DNA of 64,000 nt from an uncultured SAR86 cluster bacterium (GTDB lineage: Bacteria > Pseudomonadota > Gammaproteobacteria > Magnimaribacterales > D2472). Below, piece by piece: positions 44,443 through 54,698 of the stretch. Positions within the stretch are counted from its first letter, which is position 1. Every line of letters starts with the position of its first letter. Position numbers and translations under genes: made by a program. The stretch is taken from NCBI GenBank assembly GCA_902613705.1, contig CACMIG010000001.1, positions 115,667-179,666 on the forward strand, in the 5' to 3' direction. The notes beneath the pieces are model-generated. The model searched no databases and was not told where the DNA came from. It worked only from the letters and a program-made list of their open reading frames with translations.

Positions 44443-45348
44443 ATGTTAATAAATTTAGAAAAATCTTTTAAAAAAAATCAATCATTAATCATTAAAAATT
44501 TTAAACTTCTAGAGGGTTCATCTTCTGCAGAAATTTCATCTGATGTATGGAAAAGGCCTGAAGGTGGCGGAGGGAAAACCTTTGTAATATCTAACGGTAA
44601 TTTCTTTGATAATTGTGCTGTAAATTTCTCGTCAATATACGGTAAAAATATGCCTACAAGTGCAATTGGAAAAAAATTAGCCAAAAAAATTGATCATGGC
44701 TATCAAGCCATGGGTGTTTCTGTGATCTCTCACCCAAAAAATCCATATGTTCCAACTAGTCATATGAATGTTCGTCTATTTGGAATATTAGACAAGAATA
44801 AAAAAATAAAAGATTGGTGGATTGGAGGTGGCTATGATTTAACGCCTTATATATCTTTTTCAGAAGATAATATTAATTGGCATAACTCAGCAAAAGAAAC
44901 TCTTGATAAATATAACAAAAATTTTTATAAGTCATTTTCTGAGAATTGTAATAAATATTTTTACATACCTCATAGAAAAGAAAGAAGGGGGGTTGGAGGT
45001 ATCTTTTTTGATAATTTATCTAGCTTAAGCCTCGACGATAGCCTGAAAATGCTAAATTCTATTGCAAGCACCTATTTAAATTCATATTTAGATATTGTTG
45101 CTAAAAGAAAGAAGATAAAGTATTCCTCAGATGAGAAAGATTTTCAGCTAATTAGGAGAGGAAGATATGCTGAATTTAATCTAATATATGACAGAGGAAC
45201 GTTATTTGGGCTTCAATCAAACGGAAGAATTGAATCAATCTTAGCTTCACTTCCAACAGAAGTTAAATGGAAGTATAAAAAAAATAAAAAATACAAATTA
45301 ATGGAAAGAGCTCTACTTAAAAATCTTAATAGAAATTGGAATGAATAA
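44443..45348 (+). CDS. hemF: oxygen-dependent coproporphyrinogen III oxidase
   Basis: WKRPEGGGGKT, GGGYDLTPY and RRGRYAEFNL motifs. Confidence 0.92.
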   Translation: MLINLEKSFKKNQSLIIKNFKLLEGSSSAEISSDVWKRPEGGGGKTFVISNGNFFDNCAVNFSSIYGKNMPTSAIGKKLAKKIDHGYQAMGVSVISHPKNPYVPTSHMNVRLFGILDKNKKIKDWWIGGGYDLTPYISFSEDNINWHNSAKETLDKYNKNFYKSFSENCNKYFYIPHRKERRGVGGIFFDNLSSLSLDDSLKMLNSIASTYLNSYLDIVAKRKKIKYSSDEKDFQLIRRGRYAEFNLIYDRGTLFGLQSNGRIESILASLPTEVKWKYKKNKKYKLMERALLKNLNRNWNE

Positions 45349-46159
45349 AAAATACAAACTTGGTGTTGTTGGGCGGCCTATTGAACATTCATTATCCCCG
45401 TTTATACACTCAAGATTTTCAAGGAATGAAAATATTAATATTGAGTATTTGCCCTATAAAGTAGATGAGTCTGATTTTGAAATCTTCATAAAAGAATTTT
45501 TCTCTGATAAAGATTCAAAAGGATTAAATGTAACGCTTCCATATAAAAAAAATGCTGCCAATCTTAATGGAAATATTTCATCAGAAGCAAAATATATAAA
45601 TGCAGTAAATACTCTGGTTAAATCAAATGGAGAGCTTTTACTATATTCAACTGACGGCAAAGGCTTTATTAACGACATTGATTCAAAAGGCTTTGATTTA
45701 AAAAATAAGAAAGTTCTGATGATTGGAGCCGGAGCAGCCATAGAAAGTGTATTGTATAGAGTCGCTAAAAGTAGCACTAAAAGTATTACCTTATTTAATA
45801 GAACTGAAGAAAAAGCAAATAGGCTGATTAGAAAATTTTCTAATATGGGAAAAATAGAGTTATTTCATGAAGAACAAAATTCTGCTTTTGATGTTGTTAT
45901 AAATGGATCATCAGCAGGATTAACAGGCGAATTTAAGCCAATAGAAGAAATCTTTATAAATTCTAATACTTACTTTTACGATTTGAATTATTCTTTAACT
46001 GAAACGCCTTTTTGCAAATGGGCTAGTGAAAATTCTAAACATGTATTTGATGGCATAGGGATGCTCGTGTATCAAGCAGCATTCTCTTTTGAAAAATGGT
46101 TTGATGTATTTCCTGAAACAGATAGTGTTATTAGTGATCTTGAGGGAATGAGAGAATGA
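45341..46159 (+). CDS. aroE: shikimate dehydrogenase
   Basis: IEHSLSPFIH, NVTLPYK and GAGAA motifs. Confidence 0.9.
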   Translation: MNKKYKLGVVGRPIEHSLSPFIHSRFSRNENINIEYLPYKVDESDFEIFIKEFFSDKDSKGLNVTLPYKKNAANLNGNISSEAKYINAVNTLVKSNGELLLYSTDGKGFINDIDSKGFDLKNKKVLMIGAGAAIESVLYRVAKSSTKSITLFNRTEEKANRLIRKFSNMGKIELFHEEQNSAFDVVINGSSAGLTGEFKPIEEIFINSNTYFYDLNYSLTETPFCKWASENSKHVFDGIGMLVYQAAFSFEKWFDVFPETDSVISDLEGMRE

Positions 46160-46368
46160 AACGATTTGTACAATTCATAGCTGGAGCAATCTGCCCTGAA
46201 TGTAAATCACAAGATACTATTGCTCTTAACCCTACAGATGATGAAATTTATTGTGTTAATTGTGATTTTGTTGAAAAAAGACCTAAAGAAAAATCTAAAG
46301 ATAACATCAAAGAAATTACGGTGGTCAATTTAGAAGATTTTAAAAAAAATAGGGAAGAAAATCGATAG
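46156..46368 (+). CDS. YheV-family zinc-ribbon protein
   Basis: 70 aa, FIAGAICPECKSQD...CVNC resembles E. coli YheV. Confidence 0.6.
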   Translation: MKRFVQFIAGAICPECKSQDTIALNPTDDEIYCVNCDFVEKRPKEKSKDNIKEITVVNLEDFKKNREENR

Positions 46369-46398
46369 AAATTAAACCCTCAAACATATATCATACGT

Positions 46399-46419
46399 AG
46401 CACAAAAAAGTGCTTTTTT
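46399..46419 (+). terminator. possible rho-independent terminator
   Basis: agcac-aaaaaa-gtgct stem-loop followed by a T-run; the 5-bp stem is weak. Confidence 0.4.
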
Positions 46420-46501
46420 ACTTGGTTGTATATATATAAATAGCTTATAATATACTATAACTAAATTTTATTATTATAAGACACACTTATTTGGGCGGAT
46501 A

Positions 46502-47653
46502 ATGTTATTTAAACTTCTTAGCTTTACAAAGAAAAATACCTTTCTTATAGCTTTACTTTTGCTAGTTTCACCATTTATGCAAGCTGATTGGTTTGCATTA
46601 AATATGACAAGAGGTAGTACCGATATAAGTAACGAAGTTTTTGAGCTACACATGCTAATTTTTTGGATATGTGTTGCAATTGGAGTCATAGTTTTCAGCG
46701 TTATGTTCTACTCGATGTGGGCTCATACAAAGAAAAAGAATCCAGTACCTGCTAAGTTTCATGAAAACCATAAGCTTGAAATAGCTTGGACTATTATTCC
46801 ATTTTTGATCCTGATAGCTATGGCTGTTCCAGCATCAAAAACGCTTGTCAAAATTTATGATGATGAGGCGGGCGATATTAATATTCAAGTAACTGGATAT
46901 CAGTGGAAATGGCAATACAGATATCTTGAGGACGATGTAAGCTTCTTTTCGAACCTATCAACTGATTTGGATGAGATATATAACCTAGTTCCTAAGGGAG
47001 AAAATTACTTACAAGAAGTTGATGAGATGGTTGTAATTCCTGCTGGAAAGAAAGTAAGATTTTTAATAACAGCCAATGATGTAATTCATTCATGGTGGTT
47101 GCCTGCATTCGCAATTAAACAAGATGCAATACCTGGATTTGTAAACACAGCTTGGACTATTGTAGACGAACCTGGAATCTACAGAGGCAAGTGCACCGAG
47201 TTGTGTGGAAAAAATCATGGCTTCATGCCAATAGTTGTAAAAGTTGTTGAACAAGCTGAATATGACGAATGGGTTTTTGCTAAAAAACAAGAAGCAATCA
47301 AATTAGCTGAGTTAACAACAAAAGAGTGGACGGCTGCTGAGTTGGTTGAAAGAGGTGAAAGCATTTATGAAGTAAATTGTGTTGCTTGCCATCAAACATC
47401 TGGTCAAGGCATATCTGGAATATTTCCGGCGCTTGCAGGAAGTGACATTGTTATGAATAACAAAGATAGAAATATTGAAATTCTCATGGAAGGTGTTCAA
47501 GGAGCAGCCATGAATTCATTTAGCTATCTTTCAGAGGTTGAACTTGCGGCAGTAATTACGTACACAAGACAATCATGGGGTAATGCTGAAAAGGGAGATG
47601 GAGAAATCGTAATACCCAAAGATATCGTGGATTATAAGGAACCAAAGATTTAA
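46502..47653 (+). CDS. coxB: cytochrome c oxidase subunit II with C-terminal cytochrome c domain
   Basis: CuA site HSWWLP...CTELCGKNHGFM plus CVACH heme-c motif. Confidence 0.95.
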   Translation: MLFKLLSFTKKNTFLIALLLLVSPFMQADWFALNMTRGSTDISNEVFELHMLIFWICVAIGVIVFSVMFYSMWAHTKKKNPVPAKFHENHKLEIAWTIIPFLILIAMAVPASKTLVKIYDDEAGDINIQVTGYQWKWQYRYLEDDVSFFSNLSTDLDEIYNLVPKGENYLQEVDEMVVIPAGKKVRFLITANDVIHSWWLPAFAIKQDAIPGFVNTAWTIVDEPGIYRGKCTELCGKNHGFMPIVVKVVEQAEYDEWVFAKKQEAIKLAELTTKEWTAAELVERGESIYEVNCVACHQTSGQGISGIFPALAGSDIVMNNKDRNIEILMEGVQGAAMNSFSYLSEVELAAVITYTRQSWGNAEKGDGEIVIPKDIVDYKEPKI

Positions 47654-47667
47654 TATAGGAAAATATT

Positions 47668-49251
47668 ATGAGTGCAGTAATAGAGAATCACCATGACGAT
47701 CACGATCATGGCCCAGCAAAAGGAATCACTAGATGGTTGTACACAACTAATCATAAAGATATAGGAACACTATATTTATGGTTCAGTTTTGCAATGTTCC
47801 TTATAGGCGGAGCAATGGCGATGATAATAAGAGCTGAGCTTTTCCAACCTGGTATGCAAATAGTTGAGCCTGAATTTTATAACCAAATGATAACGCTTCA
47901 TGGTTTGATCATGATATTTGGTGGTGTTATGCCGGCATTTGTTGGACTCGCTAACTGGTTGGTTCCAATGATGATTGGGGCACCAGACATGGCATTACCG
48001 AGAATGAACAATTTGAGTTTCTGGATATTGCCTTTTGCTTTCTTTATTCTTTTATCATCCCTTTTCATGGAGGGCGGAGCTCCTAACTTTGGATGGACAT
48101 TTTATGCACCACTTTCAACAACATATGCACCGCCAAGCGTAACGTTTTTTATATTTTCTGTTCACATAATGGGAGCTTCTTCAATTATGGGTGCAATTAA
48201 TGTGGTTGTAACAATCATGAATATGAGAGCACCAGGTGTAACCTTAATGAAAATGCCATTATTTGTATGGTCATGGTTAATAACTGCATATTTGTTAATA
48301 GCTGTAATGCCTGTTTTGGCCGGAGCAGTAACAATGATGTTAATGGACATCCACTTTGGAACAAGTTTCTTTAATGCAGCTGGTGGCGGAGATCCTGTTC
48401 TCTTCCAACATATTTTTTGGTTCTTTGGCCATCCTGAGGTATACATAATGATTCTGCCAGCCTTTGGTATCGTTTCCCACATTATCGAGACTTTTTCGAG
48501 GAAACAACTATTTGGTTATTCTTCAATGGTTTGGGCTATGCTTTCAATTGCAATCCTTTCTTTTGTAGTATGGGCTCACCATATGTTTACAGTTGGCTTG
48601 CCATTAGCAGCTGAAATATTTTTTATGTGGGCAACTATGTTGATAGCCGTGCCTACTGGTGTAAAAGTATTTAATTGGGTAGCGACTATGTTTAGAGGAT
48701 CTCTAACATTTGAAACGCCTATGCTTTTTGCAGTTGCATTTGTTGTTTTATTTACTATCGGAGGATTGTCAGGATTGATGCTTGCTATTGTTCCTGCTGA
48801 CTTCCAATATCATGATACATATTTTGTTGTTGCTCATTTTCATTATGTTTTGGTTCCTGGAGCAATATTCTCTATCATGGCCGCTGTTTATTATTGGATT
48901 CCAAAATGGTCTGGAAATATGTATGACGAAAGACTCGGCAAACTTCATTTTTGGCTTTCATTTATAGGTGTAAACGTTACATTCTTTCCACAACATTTTA
49001 TTGGTTTAGCTGGAATGCCAAGAAGATATCCCGATTATGCTCTCATATTTGCTGACTGGAACATGGTTTCTAGTATTGGAGCATTTCTATTTGGGTTTTC
49101 TCAATTACTGTTTTTATTTATTGTTATCAAGACTGTGATGGGTGGCAAAAAGGCAACAGATCAAGTTTGGGAAGGCGCTAAAGGGCTTGAGTGGACAGTT
49201 GCTTCACCAGCTCCGTATCATACATTTTCTACACCACCAAGGGTTGATTGA
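47668..49251 (+). CDS. coxA: cytochrome c oxidase subunit I
   Basis: 527 aa, WFFGHPEVYI and HHMF motifs. Confidence 0.97.
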   Translation: MSAVIENHHDDHDHGPAKGITRWLYTTNHKDIGTLYLWFSFAMFLIGGAMAMIIRAELFQPGMQIVEPEFYNQMITLHGLIMIFGGVMPAFVGLANWLVPMMIGAPDMALPRMNNLSFWILPFAFFILLSSLFMEGGAPNFGWTFYAPLSTTYAPPSVTFFIFSVHIMGASSIMGAINVVVTIMNMRAPGVTLMKMPLFVWSWLITAYLLIAVMPVLAGAVTMMLMDIHFGTSFFNAAGGGDPVLFQHIFWFFGHPEVYIMILPAFGIVSHIIETFSRKQLFGYSSMVWAMLSIAILSFVVWAHHMFTVGLPLAAEIFFMWATMLIAVPTGVKVFNWVATMFRGSLTFETPMLFAVAFVVLFTIGGLSGLMLAIVPADFQYHDTYFVVAHFHYVLVPGAIFSIMAAVYYWIPKWSGNMYDERLGKLHFWLSFIGVNVTFFPQHFIGLAGMPRRYPDYALIFADWNMVSSIGAFLFGFSQLLFLFIVIKTVMGGKKATDQVWEGAKGLEWTVASPAPYHTFSTPPRVD

Positions 49252-49808
49252 TGAAGAAAGAAGCAAAGAAAACATTAATTAAATTAGTTGTCGCTGTTCC
49301 TTTGATGTTTGCTTTTGGCTTCGCACTTGTACCTCTTTATGACGTTTTTTGTGAGGTTACAGGTATCAACGGAAAGGTTTTTCAATCCGAATATTCTGAA
49401 GAGCTTGTAACTGATGATGGTAGAACTATAGCAATTCAATTTATATCTACAAATAATGAGAATATGCCGTGGACATTCAAACCATCCGAACAAGTTATGA
49501 AGATTGAAACGGGCAAGTATCATGGCGCGACTTTTTACGTTAAAAATACTACTGATAAAAAAATGACTGCTCAGGCAGTTCCAAGTGTTGCTCCATCAAA
49601 TGCAGCTGCACATCTAAAAAAACTAGAATGTTTTTGCTTTGAGCAGCAAGAACTTATGCCAGGTGAAGAAGCACTGCTTCCTGTCAAACTATTGGTTTCA
49701 AATGAACTGCCTTCAAATATTAAAAACATAATTTTATCTTATACAATTTTTGATATAACTGATTATGATGATGAGGTTTTAGCTCATAATCAAATGGCAA
49801 TGGAGTAA
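49248..49808 (+). CDS. ctaG: cytochrome c oxidase assembly protein CtaG/Cox11
   Basis: CFCF copper motif, position between coxA and coxC. Confidence 0.9.
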   Translation: MMKKEAKKTLIKLVVAVPLMFAFGFALVPLYDVFCEVTGINGKVFQSEYSEELVTDDGRTIAIQFISTNNENMPWTFKPSEQVMKIETGKYHGATFYVKNTTDKKMTAQAVPSVAPSNAAAHLKKLECFCFEQQELMPGEEALLPVKLLVSNELPSNIKNIILSYTIFDITDYDDEVLAHNQMAME

Positions 49809-49815
49809 AGCAGAA

Positions 49816-50730
49816 ATGAGCGGGGGAAGTTATTACGTACCAGATCAAAGCAGATTTCCAATTTTTATGGCGGTTTCTTTGTTTCTATTGGTTATGGGAG
49901 CTTCAAGTACGATAAATAACTTAGAGGACCCAACCAGCAACTCTGTATATATATTATATTCAGGATTTGCATGTTTATTTTTGACCATGTTTTTTTGGTT
50001 CAGACAAGTAATAAAAGAACATCTTGCTGGATTAGATTCTAATCAGCTAAAACAATCTTATGTATACGGAATGGCATGGTTCATTTTTTCTGAAGTCATG
50101 TTTTTTGCTGCATTTTTTGGTGCTTTATTTTATGTTAGAACTCTAGCAGTTCCTTGGTTGGCTGGCGAAGGTTCAAAAGGAGCAGCAATTACAGCCATTG
50201 AACTATGGCCAGCCTTTGAGTCTTCATGGCCGGTTATGACCACACCGGATCAAGGTAATGAGTATGATTTAGCTGACAAAAGCATGGCATGGCCAGGATG
50301 GAGTAAGGCTCTTTTATGGCTGCCTTTGTGGAACACAATTGTTCTTTTGAGTTCTTCATGGACAGTTCACTTAGCCCACCTTGGTTTAAAAAAAGGAAAT
50401 AGAAAAAAGTTTAACGTATATCTTGGAGTTACAGTTCTTTTGGCTTTAATTTTTGTTGGGCTGCAGGCTCTTGAATATTATGAAGCTTATGCACATTATG
50501 GCCTTAAATTAAATTCTGGAATATATGGATCAACATTTTTTATGCTTACTGGTTTTCATGGCTTCCATGTGATGATGGGCGGTTTTATGTTAGCTATTAT
50601 GCTTGCAAGATCAGTTTTTGCAGGTCACTTTGAGCAACACGATCACTTTGGCTTTGAAGCTGCATCATGGTATTGGCATTTTGTAGATGTTGTCTGGCTA
50701 ATGCTATTTATATTTGTTTATATTTTATAA
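49816..50730 (+). CDS. coxC: cytochrome c oxidase subunit III
   Basis: 304 aa, FHGFHV and WYWHFVDVVW motifs. Confidence 0.95.
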   Translation: MSGGSYYVPDQSRFPIFMAVSLFLLVMGASSTINNLEDPTSNSVYILYSGFACLFLTMFFWFRQVIKEHLAGLDSNQLKQSYVYGMAWFIFSEVMFFAAFFGALFYVRTLAVPWLAGEGSKGAAITAIELWPAFESSWPVMTTPDQGNEYDLADKSMAWPGWSKALLWLPLWNTIVLLSSSWTVHLAHLGLKKGNRKKFNVYLGVTVLLALIFVGLQALEYYEAYAHYGLKLNSGIYGSTFFMLTGFHGFHVMMGGFMLAIMLARSVFAGHFEQHDHFGFEAASWYWHFVDVVWLMLFIFVYIL

Positions 50731-50949
50731 TTAGGAATCTTCCCAAGGAACGCTGTTACCAAGTTCGCCAGTATATAAACCAATTGCAATTAAAATGATT
50801 AAAACTGTAGCAAAGAAAACTCTAAGACCAAGCAAGTAAACTGTTCTTTTTCTTCCTGTCTCGCCCTTATCTACAAGTAGAAAAAAAAGACCGCCAGCAA
50901 GTGAAAGAAGTAACAGAGGTATTACGATATATATTAAGGTAGTAATCAT
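50731..50949 (-). CDS. twin transmembrane helix small protein (DUF2909-like)
   Basis: 72 aa, two TM helices, typical position inside aa3 oxidase clusters. Confidence 0.55.
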   Translation of the reverse strand: MITTLIYIVIPLLLLSLAGGLFFLLVDKGETGRKRTVYLLGLRVFFATVLIILIAIGLYTGELGNSVPWEDS

Positions 50950-50983
50950 AATAAAATTTTAATGCATATATACTTTTATAGAT

Positions 50984-51685
50984 ATGAAAAAAAATAAATT
51001 TAATCCAGGAGCAAGAATTACAATTTTTTTTGTTACGTTTGCAATTATTTTTTTCTCATTAGGATTGTGGCAAATCGAAAGAGGACAAGCAAAAACAGTA
51101 TTGCTTGATGAATTCGATAAAAACTCAGTTATAGAACCCCAAGAGATCAAACAGGATTCAAAAAAATGGGAAAGAGTATATGTGGAAGGAACTTGGTATG
51201 GAGCCAATCAAATATTAATTGATAATGTAATAAATGGAGGCATTGCTGGATATAAAGTGCTTACACCTTTCAGGCTAAACGAAACAGGCGATCTTATCCT
51301 AATAGATAGAGGATGGATAAAAAGAAATAGAAATATGTCAGACTTACCAAATATTAGTATTAAGGATATTAAAGAAAGAGTAAGCGGGATATTAGAATCA
51401 CCTGAACTTGGACTTGTTCTTTCAGAAGAGCTAGTGTCTGGTGAATGGCCAAAAATATCGCAAACTAAGAATATTGATGTAATATCAAAAGAATACAATG
51501 AATCAATATATCCATTAATTCTTTTAGCAGACCCAATAAGTAGACATAGCTTAGAATATATTAAAATTAATCCAACAAACATGACGCCAGTAAAACATTA
51601 TGGTTATTCAGCTCAATGGTTTTTAATGTTTTTAGTTTTATGCGGCATGTATGTCTGGTACGGATACAAAAAAAATGAGAAGTAA
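50984..51685 (+). CDS. SURF1-family cytochrome oxidase biogenesis protein
   Basis: LGLWQIERGQAK start and C-terminal HYGYSAQWF motif. Confidence 0.88.
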   Translation: MKKNKFNPGARITIFFVTFAIIFFSLGLWQIERGQAKTVLLDEFDKNSVIEPQEIKQDSKKWERVYVEGTWYGANQILIDNVINGGIAGYKVLTPFRLNETGDLILIDRGWIKRNRNMSDLPNISIKDIKERVSGILESPELGLVLSEELVSGEWPKISQTKNIDVISKEYNESIYPLILLADPISRHSLEYIKINPTNMTPVKHYGYSAQWFLMFLVLCGMYVWYGYKKNEK

Positions 51686-52226
51686 AATTTTTCTAGCAGT
51701 TTTGTTGCTTACACCAATACTGGTTGTTACTTTCTCGACCTTATATTTTTTATCAGGGATGTCTCCAGAAGGCACTAAAAATAATGGCGTATTTTTTAAA
51801 AGCTATTTTGATTTAAATGACTTTAAAAATGTAGAAGGCAAACAAGATCTTATTAAGTTTGAAGATGGTAAATGGATATTATCTGTATATGTTACAAATA
51901 TAGATAGCAGCGAGGAATCTATATACCTTGCAAGACAACTAAATGTCGCACTTAATAGAGATATCAATAAGCTTAAAAGAGTAATTTTTTATTCAAATAA
52001 ATTACTTGAACCCAATATTAAAGATATTAAATTACAATATCCACGAGTTGAAATTATCGAGGATAAAAACGGGGTATTGTTAAACGTTTTACAAAGAAAT
52101 TCATCGATTGATTTTAATATTGAAAATCCAATATTTGTTATCGATCCATATGGAAGGGCAGTTATGTATTTTTTACCAGATACTGACCCAAAATTAATTT
52201 TAAAAGACTTGAAGGTGTTAATTTAA
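51651..52226 (+). CDS. hypothetical membrane-anchored protein of the cox cluster
   Basis: 191 aa, single N-terminal TM helix, between SURF1 and ctaA. Confidence 0.5.
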   Translation: MSGTDTKKMRSKIFLAVLLLTPILVVTFSTLYFLSGMSPEGTKNNGVFFKSYFDLNDFKNVEGKQDLIKFEDGKWILSVYVTNIDSSEESIYLARQLNVALNRDINKLKRVIFYSNKLLEPNIKDIKLQYPRVEIIEDKNGVLLNVLQRNSSIDFNIENPIFVIDPYGRAVMYFLPDTDPKLILKDLKVLI

Positions 52227-53200
52227 TGAATCAAATTAAAAATTTGTCTCTTTTTGGTATTTGCTTTGCATTTGTGGTTATTGCATTGGGAGCATGGACG
52301 CGTCTTGTAGATGCGGGTCTTGGATGTCCAGATTGGCCAGGATGCTATGGTTTTGTTGTTTTTCCTATAAACGAGGCAGACATTGCTATAGCAGAAAGTA
52401 GATATCCATTATTTCCATACGATATTAATAAAGCAATTCCTGAGGTTGTGCATAGATATTTTGCAGCAGGACTTGGCCTTATTGCAATCTTTCTCGTTTA
52501 TCTGTCTTTTAGAAAGACAAATGATAGATCAATACAAGGTTGGTCGTCATTTTTATTATTTTTTATATGCTGCCAAGGCATTTTTGGATATTTAACAGTA
52601 AGCTTAAAACTTTTACCCATAATAGTTACACTGCATTTATTTGGAGGATTCACAACGCTAACTCTGTTTTATTTTATTTACTTAAAATCTCGAAATTTTG
52701 AAATATTTAACCAAATAAATATTTCAAATTTAAAAATTATTGCTGGTGTAGCATTTTTAGCTTTAATATTTCAGATATTTCTTGGAGTTTGGACTAGTAC
52801 TAATTATGCCTCTTTAGCATGTGCAGATTTTCCAACATGTCAGGGAACTTATTTGCCAGAGATGGATTTTAAGAGTGGATTTAATTTAAACCAAGAAGTT
52901 GGTCCAAACTATTTGTATGGATTATTAGACAATCCTGCACGAGTAGCCATACATTATTCTCACAGAGTTTCAGCAATATTAGTTACATTTATATTTCTTA
53001 TACTTATGTCTAGACTATGGTTTTCCGAAGCAGCTCCGCTTGCCTCAACTCTCGGAATTCTTCTTCTAACTCAAATAGCACTGGGAATTACTAATGTTGT
53101 ATATGTTTTACCTCTATACGTGGCGATTGCTCATAATTTATTTGCAGCCTTTCTTCTTTTAGCAACATTTACTGTAAATTACTTAGCCTGGAAGAAATGA
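52226..53200 (+). CDS. ctaA: heme A synthase (COX15/CtaA)
   Basis: GLGCPDWPGCYG motif, conserved His residues in TM helices. Confidence 0.9.
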   Translation: MNQIKNLSLFGICFAFVVIALGAWTRLVDAGLGCPDWPGCYGFVVFPINEADIAIAESRYPLFPYDINKAIPEVVHRYFAAGLGLIAIFLVYLSFRKTNDRSIQGWSSFLLFFICCQGIFGYLTVSLKLLPIIVTLHLFGGFTTLTLFYFIYLKSRNFEIFNQINISNLKIIAGVAFLALIFQIFLGVWTSTNYASLACADFPTCQGTYLPEMDFKSGFNLNQEVGPNYLYGLLDNPARVAIHYSHRVSAILVTFIFLILMSRLWFSEAAPLASTLGILLLTQIALGITNVVYVLPLYVAIAHNLFAAFLLLATFTVNYLAWKK

Positions 53201-54063
53201 CCCTTCTTAAAAGTTATTATCAACTTTGTAAACCAAATGTGGTTTACATGATGTTGATATGCGCTTTTGTAGGAATGTTGTTAGCAGAAAAATCTGTAAG
53301 TTCTTTCAGTTATCTGATAGTGTCTTTAGTTGGTATTGCATTTTGTGCAGCTTCTGCAGCTGCAATTAATCAGGTAATTGATCGTGAGTCTGATGCCTCT
53401 ATGACAAGAACCGATCAAAGACCATTGCCTCAGGGTGATCTGTCTCCAATGCATGCATCAATGTTTGCTTTGGTTATAGGAGGCTTGGGCGCAACAATTT
53501 TATATGTTTATGTAAATACATTAACAATGGTTCTAACAATTGCATCTCTAATAGGCTATGCTTTTATTTATACCGTTTATTTGAAGAGAGCAACCCCACA
53601 AAATATTGTGATTGGAGGTCTTGCTGGTGCAGCCCCACCATTATTGGGCTGGTCATCTGTAACAAATACAATAGATCCTTACGCCTTATTGTTAGTTCTA
53701 ATAATATTTGTCTGGACTCCTCCGCATTTTTGGGCGCTTGCAATTTATAGAAAGGATGAATACGCCAAGGAATCAATTCCAATGTTGCCTGTCACACATG
53801 GAGTAATATTTACTAAACTTCAAATAGTTTTATATACAATTATTTTGTTCATAGTCTCATTGTTGCCATATGTGGTTCTGATGTCTGGAATAATTTATTT
53901 AGTTTCTGCTCTAATATTAAGTTCAGCATTTTTATATTACTCAATTAATCTTTATTACAGTGACGATGATGAAGATGCAATGAGCACTTTCCAATTTTCA
54001 ATTTATTACATTTTTTTAATTTTCTTAGCTTTACTAGTAGATCATTTTATAATTGTGACTTAA
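53197..54063 (+). CDS. ctaB: protoheme IX farnesyltransferase
   Basis: UbiA-family fold with NQVIDRESDASMTRT motif. Confidence 0.92.
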   Translation: MTLLKSYYQLCKPNVVYMMLICAFVGMLLAEKSVSSFSYLIVSLVGIAFCAASAAAINQVIDRESDASMTRTDQRPLPQGDLSPMHASMFALVIGGLGATILYVYVNTLTMVLTIASLIGYAFIYTVYLKRATPQNIVIGGLAGAAPPLLGWSSVTNTIDPYALLLVLIIFVWTPPHFWALAIYRKDEYAKESIPMLPVTHGVIFTKLQIVLYTIILFIVSLLPYVVLMSGIIYLVSALILSSAFLYYSINLYYSDDDEDAMSTFQFSIYYIFLIFLALLVDHFIIVT

Positions 54064-54695
54064 TGACGATAAAGAAAAATATATTAATAATTCTTGTTTT
54101 TATATTCACGGTTTTAGCCCTTTTCATTAATAAGTTAACATCACCAAGAGTTTTGAGTGAAAATGAACTTTTAATCAATGGCCTTTTTCTTTTTGAAACT
54201 CCAAAGCAAATATCAGATTTTACTTTTTTGTCAGAGGATAATATCGAATTTAAAAAAGATGACTTAATTGGAAAATGGACTTTGATGTATTTTGGATTCA
54301 CAAGATGCCCTGATGAGTGTCCAACCTCAATGTATCAAATGTCAAAACTTGTCAAAGTTTTAAGAGAAAAAAATTTTCCACTAGAAGACAAACAATTTGT
54401 TTTGGTTTCTATTGATCCTGAAAGAGATTCACCAGAACAAATTAATAAGTATGCAAAGGGCTTTGATGAGGCATTTATTGGCGTATCAAATGTCAGGCCG
54501 ATGTTGATAAATCTTGCGACACAGTTATCTGTAAATAATGTAATGCCAAGTGGACAAGAGACTGATCATTCGCACTTGGACAATCACGTAAACAACATAA
54601 TACTGCTAAATCCAAAAGGGGAATTTGCGGGAGTATTTAGGCCTCCATTTGACTTATCAAGACTATCTTTGACTTATCAATCGGTAACTCAGTAG
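54063..54695 (+). CDS. SCO1/SenC copper chaperone
   Basis: FGFTRCPDECP CxxxC motif on a thioredoxin-like fold. Confidence 0.88.
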   Translation: MTIKKNILIILVFIFTVLALFINKLTSPRVLSENELLINGLFLFETPKQISDFTFLSEDNIEFKKDDLIGKWTLMYFGFTRCPDECPTSMYQMSKLVKVLREKNFPLEDKQFVLVSIDPERDSPEQINKYAKGFDEAFIGVSNVRPMLINLATQLSVNNVMPSGQETDHSHLDNHVNNIILLNPKGEFAGVFRPPFDLSRLSLTYQSVTQ

Positions 54696-54698
54696 TCT